From Octopus vulgaris (taxonomy: Eukaryota), in NCBI GenBank assembly GCA_951406725.2, contig OX597823.1, positions 118,110,001-118,174,000 on the forward strand: a stretch of DNA of 64,000 nucleotides. The letters are read 5' to 3'. The notes beneath the pieces were generated by a model, which ran no database searches, was not told the origin of the DNA, and saw nothing but the letters and a program-made list of their open reading frames with translations. The translations under genes were made by a program, and so were the position numbers. Every line of letters begins with the position of its first letter. Positions within the stretch are counted from its first letter, which is position 1. This document shows, in pieces, positions 39,960-54,619 of the stretch.

Positions 39960-40510
39960 TGCAGTCCTTCGCTGTATTTTCTCACTCAGTTGCAATCAAA
40001 CAACTCGCTTCACTGATATATTTGATGACATCCTTTTAATGGAGTTTCAAGCACCGTCTTCCTCGGCATTCACTTTTCAGCTCTTTGTAGAGCATAATTT
40101 TGCGAATACTCATGCCTTCCATATGGATCATGTGTCCCACTAACAGCACGGCGATTCCAACATGATAAACTCAAGATTAGGCTTATTTGCATTCTCAGGA
40201 CCTCTTGTCTGATCCCAGCAAGAAATGTTCATTATAGATCATCATTAGTGCAACTGGCAGCTTATGAGCAAATACAATGTGTAGGTCTCAGCAGAATACA
40301 ACTGATCAGATAGTATTACTATTCGGTAAGCATTAGATTTTGCTGGCAATTTTATGCCAGGTTGTTTCCACAATCAGTTATTGAGCTTCCAGAAATCTAT
40401 CAAAACCAACTACACGAATATTCTCCGATGCATTTAGGCTGTTGTCAGAAATTGTACTACTCAAATATGTGAAAAATTCATACATTTGGGCAGTACGATC
40501 TTTGAGGAGT
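39960..40510 (-). mobile_element. RTE-like LINE ORF2 C-terminal fragment, degenerate
   Basis: Minus-strand EFFTYLSSTIS and LYSAETYTL resemble the F-YLGS and LYG-ETWTL motifs. Confidence 0.6.
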
Positions 40511-40869
40511 TCATGTATTTTCATCAATTTTATAGGGATAATTTGCAATAATAATGGGCGTAGGTATGTATTTCAGCTTCAAGTTTAGCTTGGTACAAAA
40601 ATTTATTTGCATCTTATTTTTATTTATTTATTTATTAAACATTTATTGATAGGCAGAAAGCTGACACCGCATATTCAAAATCTCTGGAATCTTAAAAACC
40701 AGGGAATGAGCTACCGGGATTGAGTCATCAACGAGGAGAAGTTCGTAAATACACATATCGCAGTACTTTCTGGTGGATCTTAATCTAAATATGTTCAACA
40801 ATAAACTTTTCACTCTCGTGCAGATATATACACCACCTGTGAAGTGCTCTTGTCATCCTTTGAATATAC

Positions 40870-40911
<42 letters not shown>

Positions 40912-40956
40912 GTGTATTCAAAGGATGGCAATATATATATATATATATATATAAAA

Positions 40957-41185
40957 GGTGGCGAGCTGGCAGAAACTTTAGCACGCCGGGCAAAATGCTT
41001 AGCGGTATTTCGTTTGTCGCTACGTTCTGAGTTCAAATTCCGCCGAGGTCAACTTTGCCTTTCATCCTTTCGGGCTCGATAAATTAAGTACCAGTTACGC
41101 ATTGGGGTCGATGTAATCGACTTAATCCCTTTGTATTTCTTTGTTTGTCCCTCTATGTTTAGCCCCTTGAGGGTAGTAAAGAAAT
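40957..41185 (+). mobile_element. Young SINE family B copy
   Basis: Full head, core and tail with CpGs intact. Another copy lies at about 45422-45637. Confidence 0.85.
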
Positions 41186-41349
41186 TATATATGACTTCGT
41201 AGTTTAGCTGGGTGTGTTTACTATTGGTAGTCTTTATCAACAGAGCTCTGTAATCAATATGTAGCTGAACATGCATATAACGAATTGTCAGCGAAGATGG
41301 CAGTTTAGTAGACATGATGATGCTTCAGAGTCGCATTTAGGAGGAGGTC

Positions 41350-43882
41350 ACTGCTTATACTATTCATACACAAGGGACATCACTCGTTAAATTGTTAAAC
41401 TCCAGTTCCATCAAAGCAGACAACTCACGCGCACACCTACACCTACGCAGAATCCAAACTAAAGGTGCTCAAGTAAATGGCATGAAGTAGCTCACAAATG
41501 CTTCTAGCTCACGTCTTTCTTTCTGTTCTGCCTTTTGTACCAGTACAACAGTGGTTTCTGCTCTTTGGAAGTTGTCTGATCTCGCATCACATTGACCTCC
41601 CGTTTCTCTTGAACCATATTGTTTTCCACACCCCAGGCCCGGGCTGGGTCCTAACCAATATATCTAGTCCTTCCTCCTCAACACAGAACATTCGACTTTT
41701 GAATTTCCTTTCCTGCTCGTGTCATGTTTAGCAGTTGTTGACTTTCAACAACTGCTGAACTGCCAAGACTGGGTTCAACCTCTTCATCCTGACGCATCCC
41801 AGTCCACCGAAACATTGTTAATGGTTCCTGTTTCTCCATTTTCAACAATTCTATTTTAGTAGAATAAAAAACTTGCATGCACACACACACACAACAGTAA
41901 CTTATTACAGTATTTGATACAGTTTTCTTGTTGAAACACATAACTACATATAAATGATTCGTCCTTTATTTTGAAGCTTTGAGAACGCCAGTTGGTTCAA
42001 CATTCGGAGTAGCAGTTTTGGTAGAAGTTGATGGTTCCTGTGAAATGTTGGGTGACACTGTCGTTGAATAAGAAACTGGTGTGTCTTTAAAACTTGATTG
42101 GAGAACATCTGTTTGGTTTTCATAAGATGATGCTGGAAGATCTCAAGCTGTTACTACTGCAAATGCAAACTCTGTCTCACAGAACACATCTTGGTTAAAG
42201 GGATAAATTCCCGTTCGTTGAAGCCCAGAGATACTGTTTTGAGCAGTAAGCCCATATATCTGAGCGTGTGAAACAAACTCAGGAATGTCATATATTGTAA
42301 TCGACTTTCCAGGTTGGGAACACATCCCATTACCAACCACTCGACTATGCCGTCTTGAATAGTTTATCCAACGGTTGGAACTTGTGTGTGGTGGGATTGT
42401 TAATAATATCATCCCATTTTTCTTGGCCAAGTTAATAACTGCAAGAGACATGAGTTTCGTAATTGTCCAAAATTAACAACACTTTCTTCTCTTTGTTGTC
42501 CCTTGTGTAGGCTATAAAGTATTTTAAATAAGTCATAATCAGATCTTCATTGATCCATCCACTGGAATTGGCTTATAGTGTTTTCGTGAGAAGATCAGCA
42601 GTAGTGGAACAACACTTCCTGCTGCACACACAACTGTTACAAGTTGTCCTCTCTTGCCGTAAGTTATAGATCCTACTTGTGTCACTCCCTGAGCAGCAAC
42701 GATATTTTCAGGTTACTGCACAGTTTCATCTCATTATAAATGATGTGGCATTCAAACTTGTGCAGGTCTATAACACTCTTTAAGTTGTAAAACATGCCAA
42801 CATTATAGCGATTGAGCGCACTTGCTCTAGCAAGAGATGTAGCCTCTGGTGTTCGAATTACTAGATGGTTTCTTTCTTTAAAGGATATCCAAGAATGCTC
42901 GCCAGTCATTCCGTTTTGTTGCCAAGAATCAAGGACCGCAACATTGTTTCTTAATGCATATTCCACTATCAACTTACGGCATTTATTTCGTGTGAGTCCA
43001 TGGAACTGCTCGGCTAGTATATTTTTATGTGAGTCGATAACTCAGTTTACATCCCTGATGGAGATGTCATATTTTTTATTCTGCAAATTTTGTACCAAAA
43101 CACGTTTTACCTGTCATTTTGTTGATTGCATTTGTCTATAAATCTTTTTAGTGTCATTCTTGCTATATCGAAATCTTTAGCAGTACCACGGATACTGCAT
43201 CCTTCCCTGACGTGATCTCTGGCCCTAGTTAAATCGTCCTCTGCAGCCCCAAGATTGATCGTTCGGATATATTTCCGAGGCATCTGAAAATGCCAATACA
43301 TGTGCAAATTTTAACCTATATAAATAAAGGCAGGTAAATCAAAATTTAATCCTTTATGTTGAATTGAAGCCCTGTGCAGTTTAACTTCAAAGCACTTAAA
43401 CTCGAAAGCAAACACAACTCATTAACAGTTACCAGAATTTTTGCTATTTATCACAGGAAGTAATAAAATTAACAGGTTAAAATTGTTTTTTTACCACGCG
43501 TTAATAAAGGGAGAGTTGAGACACTGCTCAACTCTCCCGTACATAGCTGTCCCAACTCTCACCATTTTCTTCCATCTTAACTTCATGCATCATTGTAACT
43601 AACGTTAGTCACACGGTTTTTTTTAACGTTACAGTGATAGAGAAACGATATATGACAAAATGCATTCAATCAGAATGCTACATGCTACTACAGAAATATG
43701 AGCATGCTTACCTTTAAGCCCAACTTTTACTTTTTGGTGTAAAACTGCCTACACCTTTTAAATGTATTAGATCAGCAGAAACATTTCTAGAAGTGCTTCC
43801 AATAGGTGACAGCAATTACTTTTTATAATTTATAGATTTAGAGAGAATTGTTGTTGCTCAACTCGCCCAAGCTTCTATCGTA
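41350..43882 (-). mobile_element. pogo/Tigger-like DNA transposon with disrupted transposase (HTH-psq, CENP-B HTH, DDE_1, possible PHD)
   Basis: ATG at 43283 follows a splice acceptor. Motifs include SIRGTAKDFDIARMTLKR, WISFKERNHLVIRTPEATSLARA and LLILDN...LLTIPPHTS. Repeated subterminal CAACTCTCC motifs lie at 43510-43870. The left boundary is uncertain. Confidence 0.8.
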
Positions 43883-44001
43883 AATCTTCATATTTTGCAG
43901 ATCAATCTTGACACACCAATTAACTTATGAGTAGATGTATAATCAAATATATCAAATCTGAATCCACCTGTTTATTGTCAGTGCAACATCATGCAAGAGG
44001 A

Positions 44002-44033
<32 letters not shown>

Positions 44034-44134
44034 ACTCCACTTTTCTAAAATTTATCCGAATTCACACAATTTCACAGCATACAAAGCAGACAAAAGTTCC
44101 CTCCCTTAAGTTTCTTAAAAAAAATTTTGGAACA

Positions 44135-44495
44135 TCTCTCTATATATAAACGGCAAAATGTCTGTCTGTGTGTGTGTCCTTTATACAAATCCACAATTTT
44201 TCAGTTAGATGGCTCGCACTTTCTATGGTCATTCAAAACCGTCCAAGAGTAGTCGTGCACATCGTTACATTTCCCCAGTCACCCTGCAAAGCCATTAAAA
44301 ACTCAATAGAAGTGACTTTTTTGTGAATTTTCTATCCAAAACCCAATCAAAATGCCCGATAGGCCAATTGAATGCCAGCTAGCTGTATGGGATTATTCAG
44401 AGATTTGGACAGTACTCACGTGTATGTGCGCACGCACGCAGATGTATATGCATGCACTAGCAGTATGACCTGGCGTTGCTGGGTCATAGTGCTAG
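44135..44495 (+). mobile_element. Non-autonomous Helitron-like element
   Basis: A|TC start, terminal hairpin and CTAG|T end. Confidence 0.65.
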
Positions 44496-44699
44496 TAGTC
44501 AAATAAATCATGAATTTACGAAAGTGATAGAGAGTAGCAGGAGAAGAAAATATACCACAATAAACCAAGAATATGATAGAATATTAATAAGAAAACACTG
44601 AGGAAGGCAGAATTGAGAGCAGAGAGAGAGAGATCTGCTATGGACAAAACTCTTAGTCCTGAGTCATTTCTGCAATTTTTTGCTGACTAAACAAGAAGC

Positions 44700-45070
44700 C
44701 ATGTATATACAGAGAGAAAGGAAAACAAAAGACGAAGACAGGTATATGAACAACAAAATGTATCAGTTTGATGCTCGGGAAAGTGAGAAAGTCTTTTACG
44801 TTTTGAGCTTACGCTCTTCATCAGAAAGGAATTTGAGAAAATAACAGAGAAGGATTTAGCAATCAGACATGGTGACTGATTAGGATATATATAGTCACAA
44901 AAAAAAACAAATAGCAAAAGACGAAGACAGGTGGTGTAGACAACAAACATGCATTAGTATAACGCTCGGGAAGTGAAAAAGCCTTTACCATTTCGAGCCT
45001 ACGCTCTTCCACAGAAAGAAACAAGGAGAGAAAATAAAGAATGTGTAGTGGCTAGCGATCTATCATGGTG
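44700..45070 (-). repeat. Two tandem Penelope-pLTR-like repeats with degenerate hammerhead motifs (44793-44828, 44983-45018)
   Basis: Homologous to about 2965-3140. Cores read CUGAUGA...AAAAC (G12A) and CUGUGGA...GAAAU. Confidence 0.55.
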
Positions 45071-46815
45071 AATATAAATATATATATACTCACATACATA
45101 CATCATATATGTGTGTATGTATGTATGTGTGTGTGTGTGTGTATATATATATGTGTGTGTGTATGTATATATATACCTTTACTTGTTTTAGTATTTGACA
45201 GCGGCCATGCTGGAGTGCCGCCTTGAAGGGTTTGCTTTAGTCAAACAAATCGATCTCAAGATATATTTTTAAAGCCTAATACAAAGAGTTGACAGGAGAG
45301 GTGCGTTTGTGGCATATGTATCATGTGTCCTGACCAACGGAGGCAGTGTTGTACCATGGCAGCTTCAATACTGGGCGTGCGGTATTAACAGAACCTCTTC
45401 ATTATCAATATAGTCCTTCCAAGGTGGCAAGCTGGCAGAAATGTTAGCACGCTGGGCAAAATGCTTCGCGATATTTCATCTGTCTTTATGTTCTGTGTTC
45501 AAATTCCACCATGGTCGACTTTGCCTTTCATCCTTTCGGAGTCGATAAATTAAGTACCATTTGCGTACTGGGTCGATCTAATCGACTGGCTCCCTCCCCC
45601 AAAATTTTGGGCCTTGTGTCTAGATTAGAAAAGAATATAGTCCTACATGGAATCGTAGGAATAAATTCTAAAATTTTATTTCTATCTTATTGACTATCGC
45701 AGCCTTCAGGATGTTTTTGCCTTATGTATTATTATATATGTAATATATATGAATGATATATGTGATAATAAAATTATATTATGCACTTTATTGTGTTTTG
45801 TGATGTGTGTGATCCCCTATCTGTAGAAAAATTGTCTGCATGAAACCAGTTGGTGGGCAAAAACGTTGGGGGTCACTGTAATAGAGAGAATCGAGAAGTC
45901 ATAGGAGACAAGTGTAGATGGGGCAACAACTGCACAAACACTCGGTGATGCTGAAAAGAAAACAAAAGCAAACAAAGAAAATGTGGAATTCCAACTATGA
46001 GATGTTGAATCTGGAGAATGCACAGGTGAGCGAAGGAGCGACCACTCCACTTGACAGCAGTATGATAGATAGCGCAGTTAAGAATATCAGGTCAAAAAAG
46101 TCCATTTGAAATTGTGTCTGTGATGTTTAAAATATCAGAAACCTTGACCGCCACATTCAGTTACATAAAGGCAAATGTATCAACATATGAATGAATATCA
46201 TACATACAAGTGTGGTATCTGTATCCGTATTATTAGTTAATGGCCTTATTTCCTACCTGGTTATACCCATCATCGCCGCCAGAGCCATCATCATCAATAT
46301 CATCTTCATTCACATCACCTTTCGCCTTGCTACTACCTCCCGTTCTCTCCTTTACTATTACCACTACCCCCCTGGAGTCAACGCAATCCCCTGTTCCCAT
46401 ATTCATTATCGCCACGCAGTCCACCACCATCGCCACTACCATTAGCACTAACGCTAAGTCCATTACCATCATCGCTATCATCAATCACCACAAACCCTAT
46501 CTTTGACATCATGTACACCACAACATCCCCCAGCTCTTTAGGTCCCCGTTACAAATATTACAAACCTAGAATAGCTTTCTCTCTGTATGTCTTTCTACCT
46601 AGGTTCTCTGTATAACTAGCTATACTAAATTACAAACCACAAGTAGGTTTTGATGATCCTATTTTATTGGACACATGGCTATAGATTAAAGGTGTGTGTG
46701 TATATTTACGCTTACATGTGTATGTATGTGTGTGTATGTATGTATGTATGTATGTATGTATGTATGTATGTATGTATGTGAGCGGTATCTAACATTTAAC
46801 TACATAAACACATTT

Positions 46816-47195
46816 GGATCTTTTCCTTTTGAACGGCACATGTCAACACAATTTCTAGTTAACTAAACACTTTAAAACTTCGTATACTGGTAGAATGTGT
46901 CAAAATAAAACATTTTTTTCTCTTGGCTTTCTTGAGAAAATTGTAATTTGTTTGTTTAACGTTGTTTAATTTTTTGAATTTTAACCAATCAATTGCCTCT
47001 AGTGAGCTAAAATCCTTTGCTGCGTCTAAAACTGAGACAACATCCTGTCACTAACCCTAAAAAATTATAATTTTCTCAAGAAAGTCAAGAGAAAAAAATG
47101 TTTTATTTTGACACATTGTACCAGTATACGAAGTTTTAAAGTGTTTAGCTAACTAGAAATTGTGTTGACATGTGCCATTCAAAAGGAAAAGATCC
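46816..47195. mobile_element. MITE with long (about 135 bp) terminal inverted repeats
   Basis: GGATCTTTTCCTTTTGAA...TTCAAAAGGAAAAGATCC with near-perfect arms. No TSD recognised. Confidence 0.85.
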
Positions 47196-48647
47196 GAATT
47201 TCACATAACTTTCTTTCAAGTATACCACTTTATTGGTTATATACCAGCTGATACTGACTGGTCAAACAATGTTTAAGCAGGCATCCTTGCCTTTTATGGT
47301 AATAGCGTTAATTTCTTGTCACCAATCTTACCTTAGTGGAAATATATTTGAGCTGTTGCTCTAAACTGGGAACCTGATTTAAAACTAAGTAAAGTTTCAC
47401 TACAATTCTTTTATAATTGACTATTCTCCTTTTATTACTATCATAAACATGCAAAACAATTAAAGAACTAAATTTTGCATATTAGAATTACACAGTGAAA
47501 ACAAAAGTAGATAAGCAAGTGTAAAAGCTTGCTTTCAGTCTATCAAAATTCAACCTTTTAATCATTTTATATGGTTATGTTTGTATTGAAAGAAAAGAAG
47601 TAGAACATTCAATAATGAAGGAATTTAAAGAAGGAAAACATTTGATTTATAAATTATTTTCTATTCTAGCATCTACTTTTATTATTTTTGTTATTGTTGT
47701 ATGTAAATATTCTGACCATATCTCATTTTTCTTTGTTATTTTGACATAGCGTACTGAAAAAAAAAATGCTAATATTGTTTCTCAAATAACTCCATTTTAA
47801 AACAGAAGTATATGTTTTGTAAAATTTTTCACATTTCCCCACTAAAATATTCCAAAATTTGCTGTCCTGTGTATTCAGTCTTTCAAGTTGTTCATATGAA
47901 GGAAATTCAGAGCATGAGTGAAAAGAAAAAGCAAAAACAAAAATTGCATTTTCTTGATTAGAGAAAAAGTATGTTCATTGTAATGCAAGTGTTGAAAATC
48001 AATATATGGATATTTCTATAGTTTACAACAAAAGGGCGTCTGTCTACTTTATGGATGGTGTGAACTACAAGTGCTAGGCAAGTCCAGTCAAAAGTTTATT
48101 TTACTTCTTTTGGGAGAAAGAGTTGCACATAATTTCAATACACTAAAAAGTTATTACCCTTACAAAAAATAGTAATAAATGTATGCTATGATAGAAAAAA
48201 AAACAAGTCTCCAAATTGAACAGTGATGTGAATTGCATGATTATTATTTTTAATAGTTTTTAACCAGAAGGATATTATGGCAGGAAGACTAATCTGTTCA
48301 GGAACAAAGAAAGTTCAATGTCATAATGTCATCATTTTGACATCCGGTCTGCAACTGATTCATTTATGAAGGGAAACTATTAAAAGCTCAAAAGGCATCA
48401 GCTAAAATGCATTTGGTGCCCCCCACCAAAAAAAAAAAAACAACAGCATTGTGCAGCCACATCTCTAGCTGACACTGGAGCATGCTTGATGCTTTCCACT
48501 GTGTTTTTCATCATTCTCCATATAAATAAACAGACCAGTTACATGACTGCCACAAGAAGCAAACAACAGTTGGCTGTAATCTCGTACCAAGAAGTCAGTA
48601 AATTCAATACTGAATTTGTTTCCTACTTTGTTTTACTCTGCCATGAA

Positions 48648-48865
48648 CCCTTTTGTTACCATATTTCTGTTGAGATGCTCTGAGTTCCTTTCAATTAATT
48701 TCAAGTATAACAAAGAATTTAGTAAAATAACTTAGTTATCATTAAGCTACTGTTAGGAACATAAATTGTGACTAAGGTTTGGTAGAAGATTTTAATTCAG
48801 AACTTTTGAAAAAAAGACATACTACAGAGCCAGAGGCAGTTTCAGGCAGGTTGGTATCAAAAGGG
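48648..48865. mobile_element. piggyBac-like MITE, different family
   Basis: CCCTTTTG...CAAAAGGG termini with TGAA and TTAA flanks. Confidence 0.65.
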
Positions 48866-49101
48866 TTAAATAACATTTATAAGTTTTCTTGTTACTTTAT
48901 GTCTGGGAGATAACAACACCATTAAAGTTAGTTACTTTATTACCTTGAGTGTTAAATATTTTGATATTTGAACTTTAAAAACCATGATGTCTAGCACATA
49001 TGCTCCTAAGAAGACCGAGTTCAGATATGAATAGCATATATAGGAACCAGTATTAAGGAAGGATAGGAAAATATTAGATTTATAAGCCCTAAAATTCACC
49101 C

Positions 49102-49350
49102 CGGCGTAGTGGTTAAGAGTGCGGGCTACTAACCCCAAGATTCTGAGTTCGATACCAGGCAGTGACCTGAATAATAATGATAATAATAATAATAATAACA
49201 ATAATAGTAATAACATCAAAAAATACCTTAGGAATGAGAACCCAGGTTCGAAAGTTTCCCCAAAATACCTGATGAAGGCTGAAGGGTATAGCAGCTGAAA
49301 CGTGTTAACAATAAACAAGATGAGGACAAATATCGTCAAATGTAAATAAT
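49102..49350 (+). mobile_element. tRNA-headed SINE with a hammerhead-like 3' part
   Basis: A box (ggcgtagtggttaag) and B box (gagttcgatacc), an (AAT)n linker, then CUGAUGA A GGCUG...CAGCU GAAAC at 49269-49301. Confidence 0.65.
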
Positions 49351-49517
49351 ATAAAAATAAAAAATATTGCTTTTTACATTAGATTCACTTTGAAAGTTCT
49401 AAAGAAATATTCACTTCTAGTTTTCTAGTGTCAGTGACGTCTATATCTCTCTATCCATCACTATCTCTATATTTATCTATCTATCTATATCTGTCTTATT
49501 TGTCTAACTAGCTAGCA

Positions 49518-49549
<32 letters not shown>

Positions 49550-51405
49550 GGGGAAATGCAATGGCGGTGATTCTCCCCAATTGTGGAAGAAGGTACAATG
49601 TCAGCTCATAGCTGATAGGGCAGTGTTAAGTGCTTGTGCGCCATTCGATGCTCCTTTAAGATGGTTTTCCAGACCTGTTAGGACATACCACCATTGTCTG
49701 TTACCAAGTGACAGATGTACCAATGGGAATAGGCTTGATAACTCCAAGTGGAACATTCCGGTCGAGACCTGCTTTTACTTCCTCTTGCCAATGGACCAGG
49801 ACTGGTATGGGCGTATGGTGGGCGACTGGTTTAGCATTAAGCGGATCGGTTGGTCAGACATCTTGGAGAATTGCCAATGGTTGCAGACGTTGAATGTGCT
49901 GGAGCTGTAGTATTGTAGCAGCTACTTCCTCAGGCGAAAACGTTTTTCCTCAGTGGCTGGGAATGGTAGTGTAGTTGGAGGAGGGGGTTGTATTTGTTGT
50001 AGGTGGCAGGTGCATACATTCTGTGTCATTGTTGCAGATGATCGATGAGGCTTGTCAGTACTCACTCCCATGGATTGTTTACAGGCGAACTCATGGCACA
50101 ATCAGGTGCAGGACAGGGTACGTTGGTCATACTGACTCGCTTTTTGTCATAAATAAGTCTGACAACTGTTTGCTTTCACCAATATTTTACGCAGTCTGAA
50201 GCAATGAGTAAAGGGTCTTCAGTATATCTGAAATGTGAAGGGAAAGATGATGGATAATAAAATGAATAATATATGGCGAATTGAATGTAACGTAATAAAT
50301 TGTAATATATGTGTGTTTAGTTGTAATCCTGTAATCAGCATAGAGGAGTTGCTAGGGTCTGCCTGTTTTATATTCATATGTTATTACCTGAATGATTATG
50401 ATACCAACAAAAGTCAAGTACATAGGTTTATACTTGGTTAGGTACTTCTCCTGGGGTTTCTTACCAGAAATATATCATGACTGGTGTTTCTTCCTGATAC
50501 AAAACCAAATTGCATCTCATCTAGATTAAGTCTTTTCCTAATTAGTTGGGCTATGATCCTCTCCGTGATTTTCATCATCTGAAGAAATTAGTGCCAGTAT
50601 GAGCACTTTATTTTTAAAGCACACATCAGGCATATGTTAACATATTAGCAATGAGAAAGCGCTCTAATCGATGTCTACTTATATACATACATATATGCAG
50701 GGTAGCCATGTACTTTCTCTACAGTGACACACCTCTGCCTGTCTCTCTATCATACTACATGTTAGGATGAAGCCACCTCTCTCACTACTAGCAATCCACT
50801 AATCCTTGAAATTTACTTTTTAATTTTACTAGTGTCAGTGTTACCAAAACTTTTCTCAGACATAGAAACCATGTGAAAACAGACATTAGATGTACGTGTA
50901 GTAATTCATCTCAGATAGCGTGAAATAGTCCAACCCATGACAACATGAAAATGTTAAATGATGATGACACACATACACGTTTATAAATAAAAACAATTGA
51001 TTTTGCATGAGAATAATTAGTTTGATGACTTGTGGAAGCAATGTACTGTGAAAGGACAACTGTATTTATTAAACAAGTGTATTTCATGATTCGACACATA
51101 GATAAAACTTGACTTTCAAATGTTGGTTGATATTTTGCTTGTTGTTTGCATATCATGCCTTGTATTATAGATCCCAAATGGCCAAAGGTAAGTGGTCTTT
51201 CTTATTTTGGTGTGGGTTTGCTGTTAGGATTGGTTTTCAGAGTTTAGTCTATATTAGGGTTAGCTTGAGGATCTGTGAAGGGTTTTTAGAGAGAATAGTC
51301 AAGTAAGAGATCAAAGTTTGAACTAGGTGTTAGGATTTGGGGTGATGAGGAGGGTAGAGATTGAACAGGTTTATTTATAGTGTTGATGACTGTTTTATAT
51401 CGGGT

Positions 51406-51870
51406 TTAGCATTGAAAAGCAGGGATGAGGGCTGGGTGCTTGGATAAGATACGGATGTCAAGTTGACCCAAGTTATCTCCATGGTGGTCTTTGGCATGTT
51501 GGTAGAGTATAGAAGACTGTTTTCTGTCGTCAAGTTGTCTTAGATGTTCATTTGTCCATTTGGTAATGCTCTTAGACGTCTCCTCTATGTACATCATGTT
51601 CATGTTCTTACAAGCACCTTCTATGCATCTTATATTGTAAACTACATTTTGAGTTCTACAGTTAATACCAGGGCTAATTCTACATGCCATGCAGTTATCA
51701 ATTGTGCATATGGTATTCTTAAACGGGCATGTCCTTCATAATTGTGACCTGACGGAGTTCCTTGGCTTTTCAACAATTTTAATGTTGAGTTTGGTCTCTT
51801 TCAGAGCTTTTTTAAATCTACGGGCTAGTTCTCCATGGGCTGTGGCCTCTACTAATATCACTCCTTGAAT
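51406..51870 (-). pseudogene. Penelope-like element GIY-YIG endonuclease fragment
   Basis: CRTQNVVYNIRC...YIEETSKSITKWTNEH...LYQHAKDHH, preceded by a Cys-rich linker. Confidence 0.8.
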
Positions 51871-52143
51871 TTTTACTGGTGAGTGTGTATTTAATAATAA
51901 GGCACTAAAAGACTCTCCCCAGACACAACAGAATATACACTGTTTTCGCTAATTACTCTTTCACTCACTTTTGCTACTTTCAGTTATTTGACTGCGGCCA
52001 TGTTGGAGCACCGCCTTCAGTCGAACAATTAGAGCCCAGGACCTATTCTCTTTTGCTGAACCGTTCAGTTACGGGTGTGTGAAAACAGCAGCATCGTTTG
52101 TCAAGCGATGTTCGATGGATAAAGAGGCATACAAACGTATATG

Positions 52144-52214
<71 letters not shown>

Positions 52215-52381
52215 GATGGGCTTCATTTAGTTTCCGTCTACGAAATCTATTCACAAGGCTTTGGTCACCCCGAGGCTATAGTTGAAGACACTTGTCCAAG
52301 GTTCCACGCAGTGGGACTGAACCCAGAACACTGCGGTTCGTAAGCAAGCTACTTATCACAAAGCCGCTCCTACGCCTAGCA

Positions 52382-52420
<39 letters not shown>

Positions 52421-53289
52421 AAACTAAAATGGGAAAAGTTTGTTTGTTTGTTTGTCTGGAACGGTTTAAAGGCCACTACATCCGGTCGGATTGACTCCAA
52501 AATTTACGGTTCGTGAGCAATTATTCTCACAGAAATGCGCGCACAAACAGACACAGAATGTCACGGTTTAAAGGTCAACATGTTTAAAACATAAATAGCT
52601 ACGAGTTTGCGTATATGCATGTACCTGTGTGCATGAGTGCGGACGTGTGTTTTCAGAATGTCACAGTTTTGAGGTCAACATATTTAAAACATAAATAGGT
52701 ACGAGATAGCGTCTTTGCATGTATGTATATTCGTGAGTGCTGATGTGTGGGTATTTGTGCGTGTGTGAGCACAGTCCACCCATACCCAAGGTGGTTGCAT
52801 TGTCTTATGGGACCCAGCTGCGAAAGTTCCGGACCCCATTAATGAACTCATTTGCATACAAACAATTAGGGCTCACCTTGAACTTGTCCGGTTAATAAAC
52901 AGTAGTGTCTGAATGGAAATTAGCTTGCTTAACTAACAAATGTTTCCGAGTTCGGTCCCACTGGGTGGCATGTTGGGCAAATGTCTTCTACTATAGTCTC
53001 GGGCCGACCAAAGCCTTGTGAGTGGATTTGGGAGACTGAAACTAAAAGAAGACTGTCGTATATATATATATATATATATGTAGCATGGAAAACAGACGCT
53101 AAATGATGATGATGATGTAGCAGTAAGAGTGGCTGTGGTATGTAGCTTGCTTTCCAAACACGGTGATTCTGGTTCAGTCCACTACGTGGCCCCAAGGGCA
53201 AGTGTCTTCCAATATAGCCTCGGACAGACCAACATTTCTGAGTAGATTTGGTACACGGAAACAGAAAGTAGCCCGTGGTATATAGATAG

Positions 53290-54059
<770 letters not shown>

Positions 54060-54348
54060 GGTATATATTGACAGATATATGTATATACATATAGATATTT
54101 AAACATATAAGGGATGGCCATAATGGGACATCCGACTCACTAGAGAGAGCAGTTAAACTCCAAAAAATCGTAAAAGACTGTCATGTCTGAATATATTCGA
54201 GAGTTATTTCCCCTTGCATATTATGATTTAAATAAAAGTAGTAACATTATGTTATCTAGTTATCTCCCTTCCGAGAGTTAATTTCCTTAAAATTATTTTA
54301 TTATTGCAATAATAATTCTCTAAACGAGATATAGACAGTAACTGCTCC

Positions 54349-54619
54349 ATAACAAAAGGGACATTAGCCATTTGAATGTGGCTAGGGACAGGGCAGGGCG
54401 GTGGGGGTGTTACTGTTGCATTTAGCCCCAGGCGAACATCAACGTCACCAGAAAGGCTTGACACCATCACGGCGTCCTCTATCCTGCAAAGGGCGCCGTG
54501 GTGGTGTCAAGCCTTTCTGGTGACGTTGATGTTCGCCTGGGGCTAAATGCAACAGTAACACCCCCACCGCCCTGCCCTGTCCCTAGCCACATTCAAATGG
54601 CTAATGTCCCTTTTGTTAT
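54349..54619. repeat. Near-perfect 271-bp palindrome (130-bp arms, 11-nt loop)
   Basis: 54349-54478 pairs with 54490-54619 with only two mismatches. Confidence 0.95.

Noticed and set aside
46191-46506. Overlapping Ser/Thr/His-rich ORFs
   Set aside because: Degenerate (CAT/CAC)n low-complexity sequence with no splice or domain support.
49548-50200. GC-richer block with a 120-aa + strand ORF
   Set aside because: No recognisable domain. It is probably a decayed retroelement on the minus strand (weak LRKILVKA and LTLPY similarity to PLEs), too weak to call.
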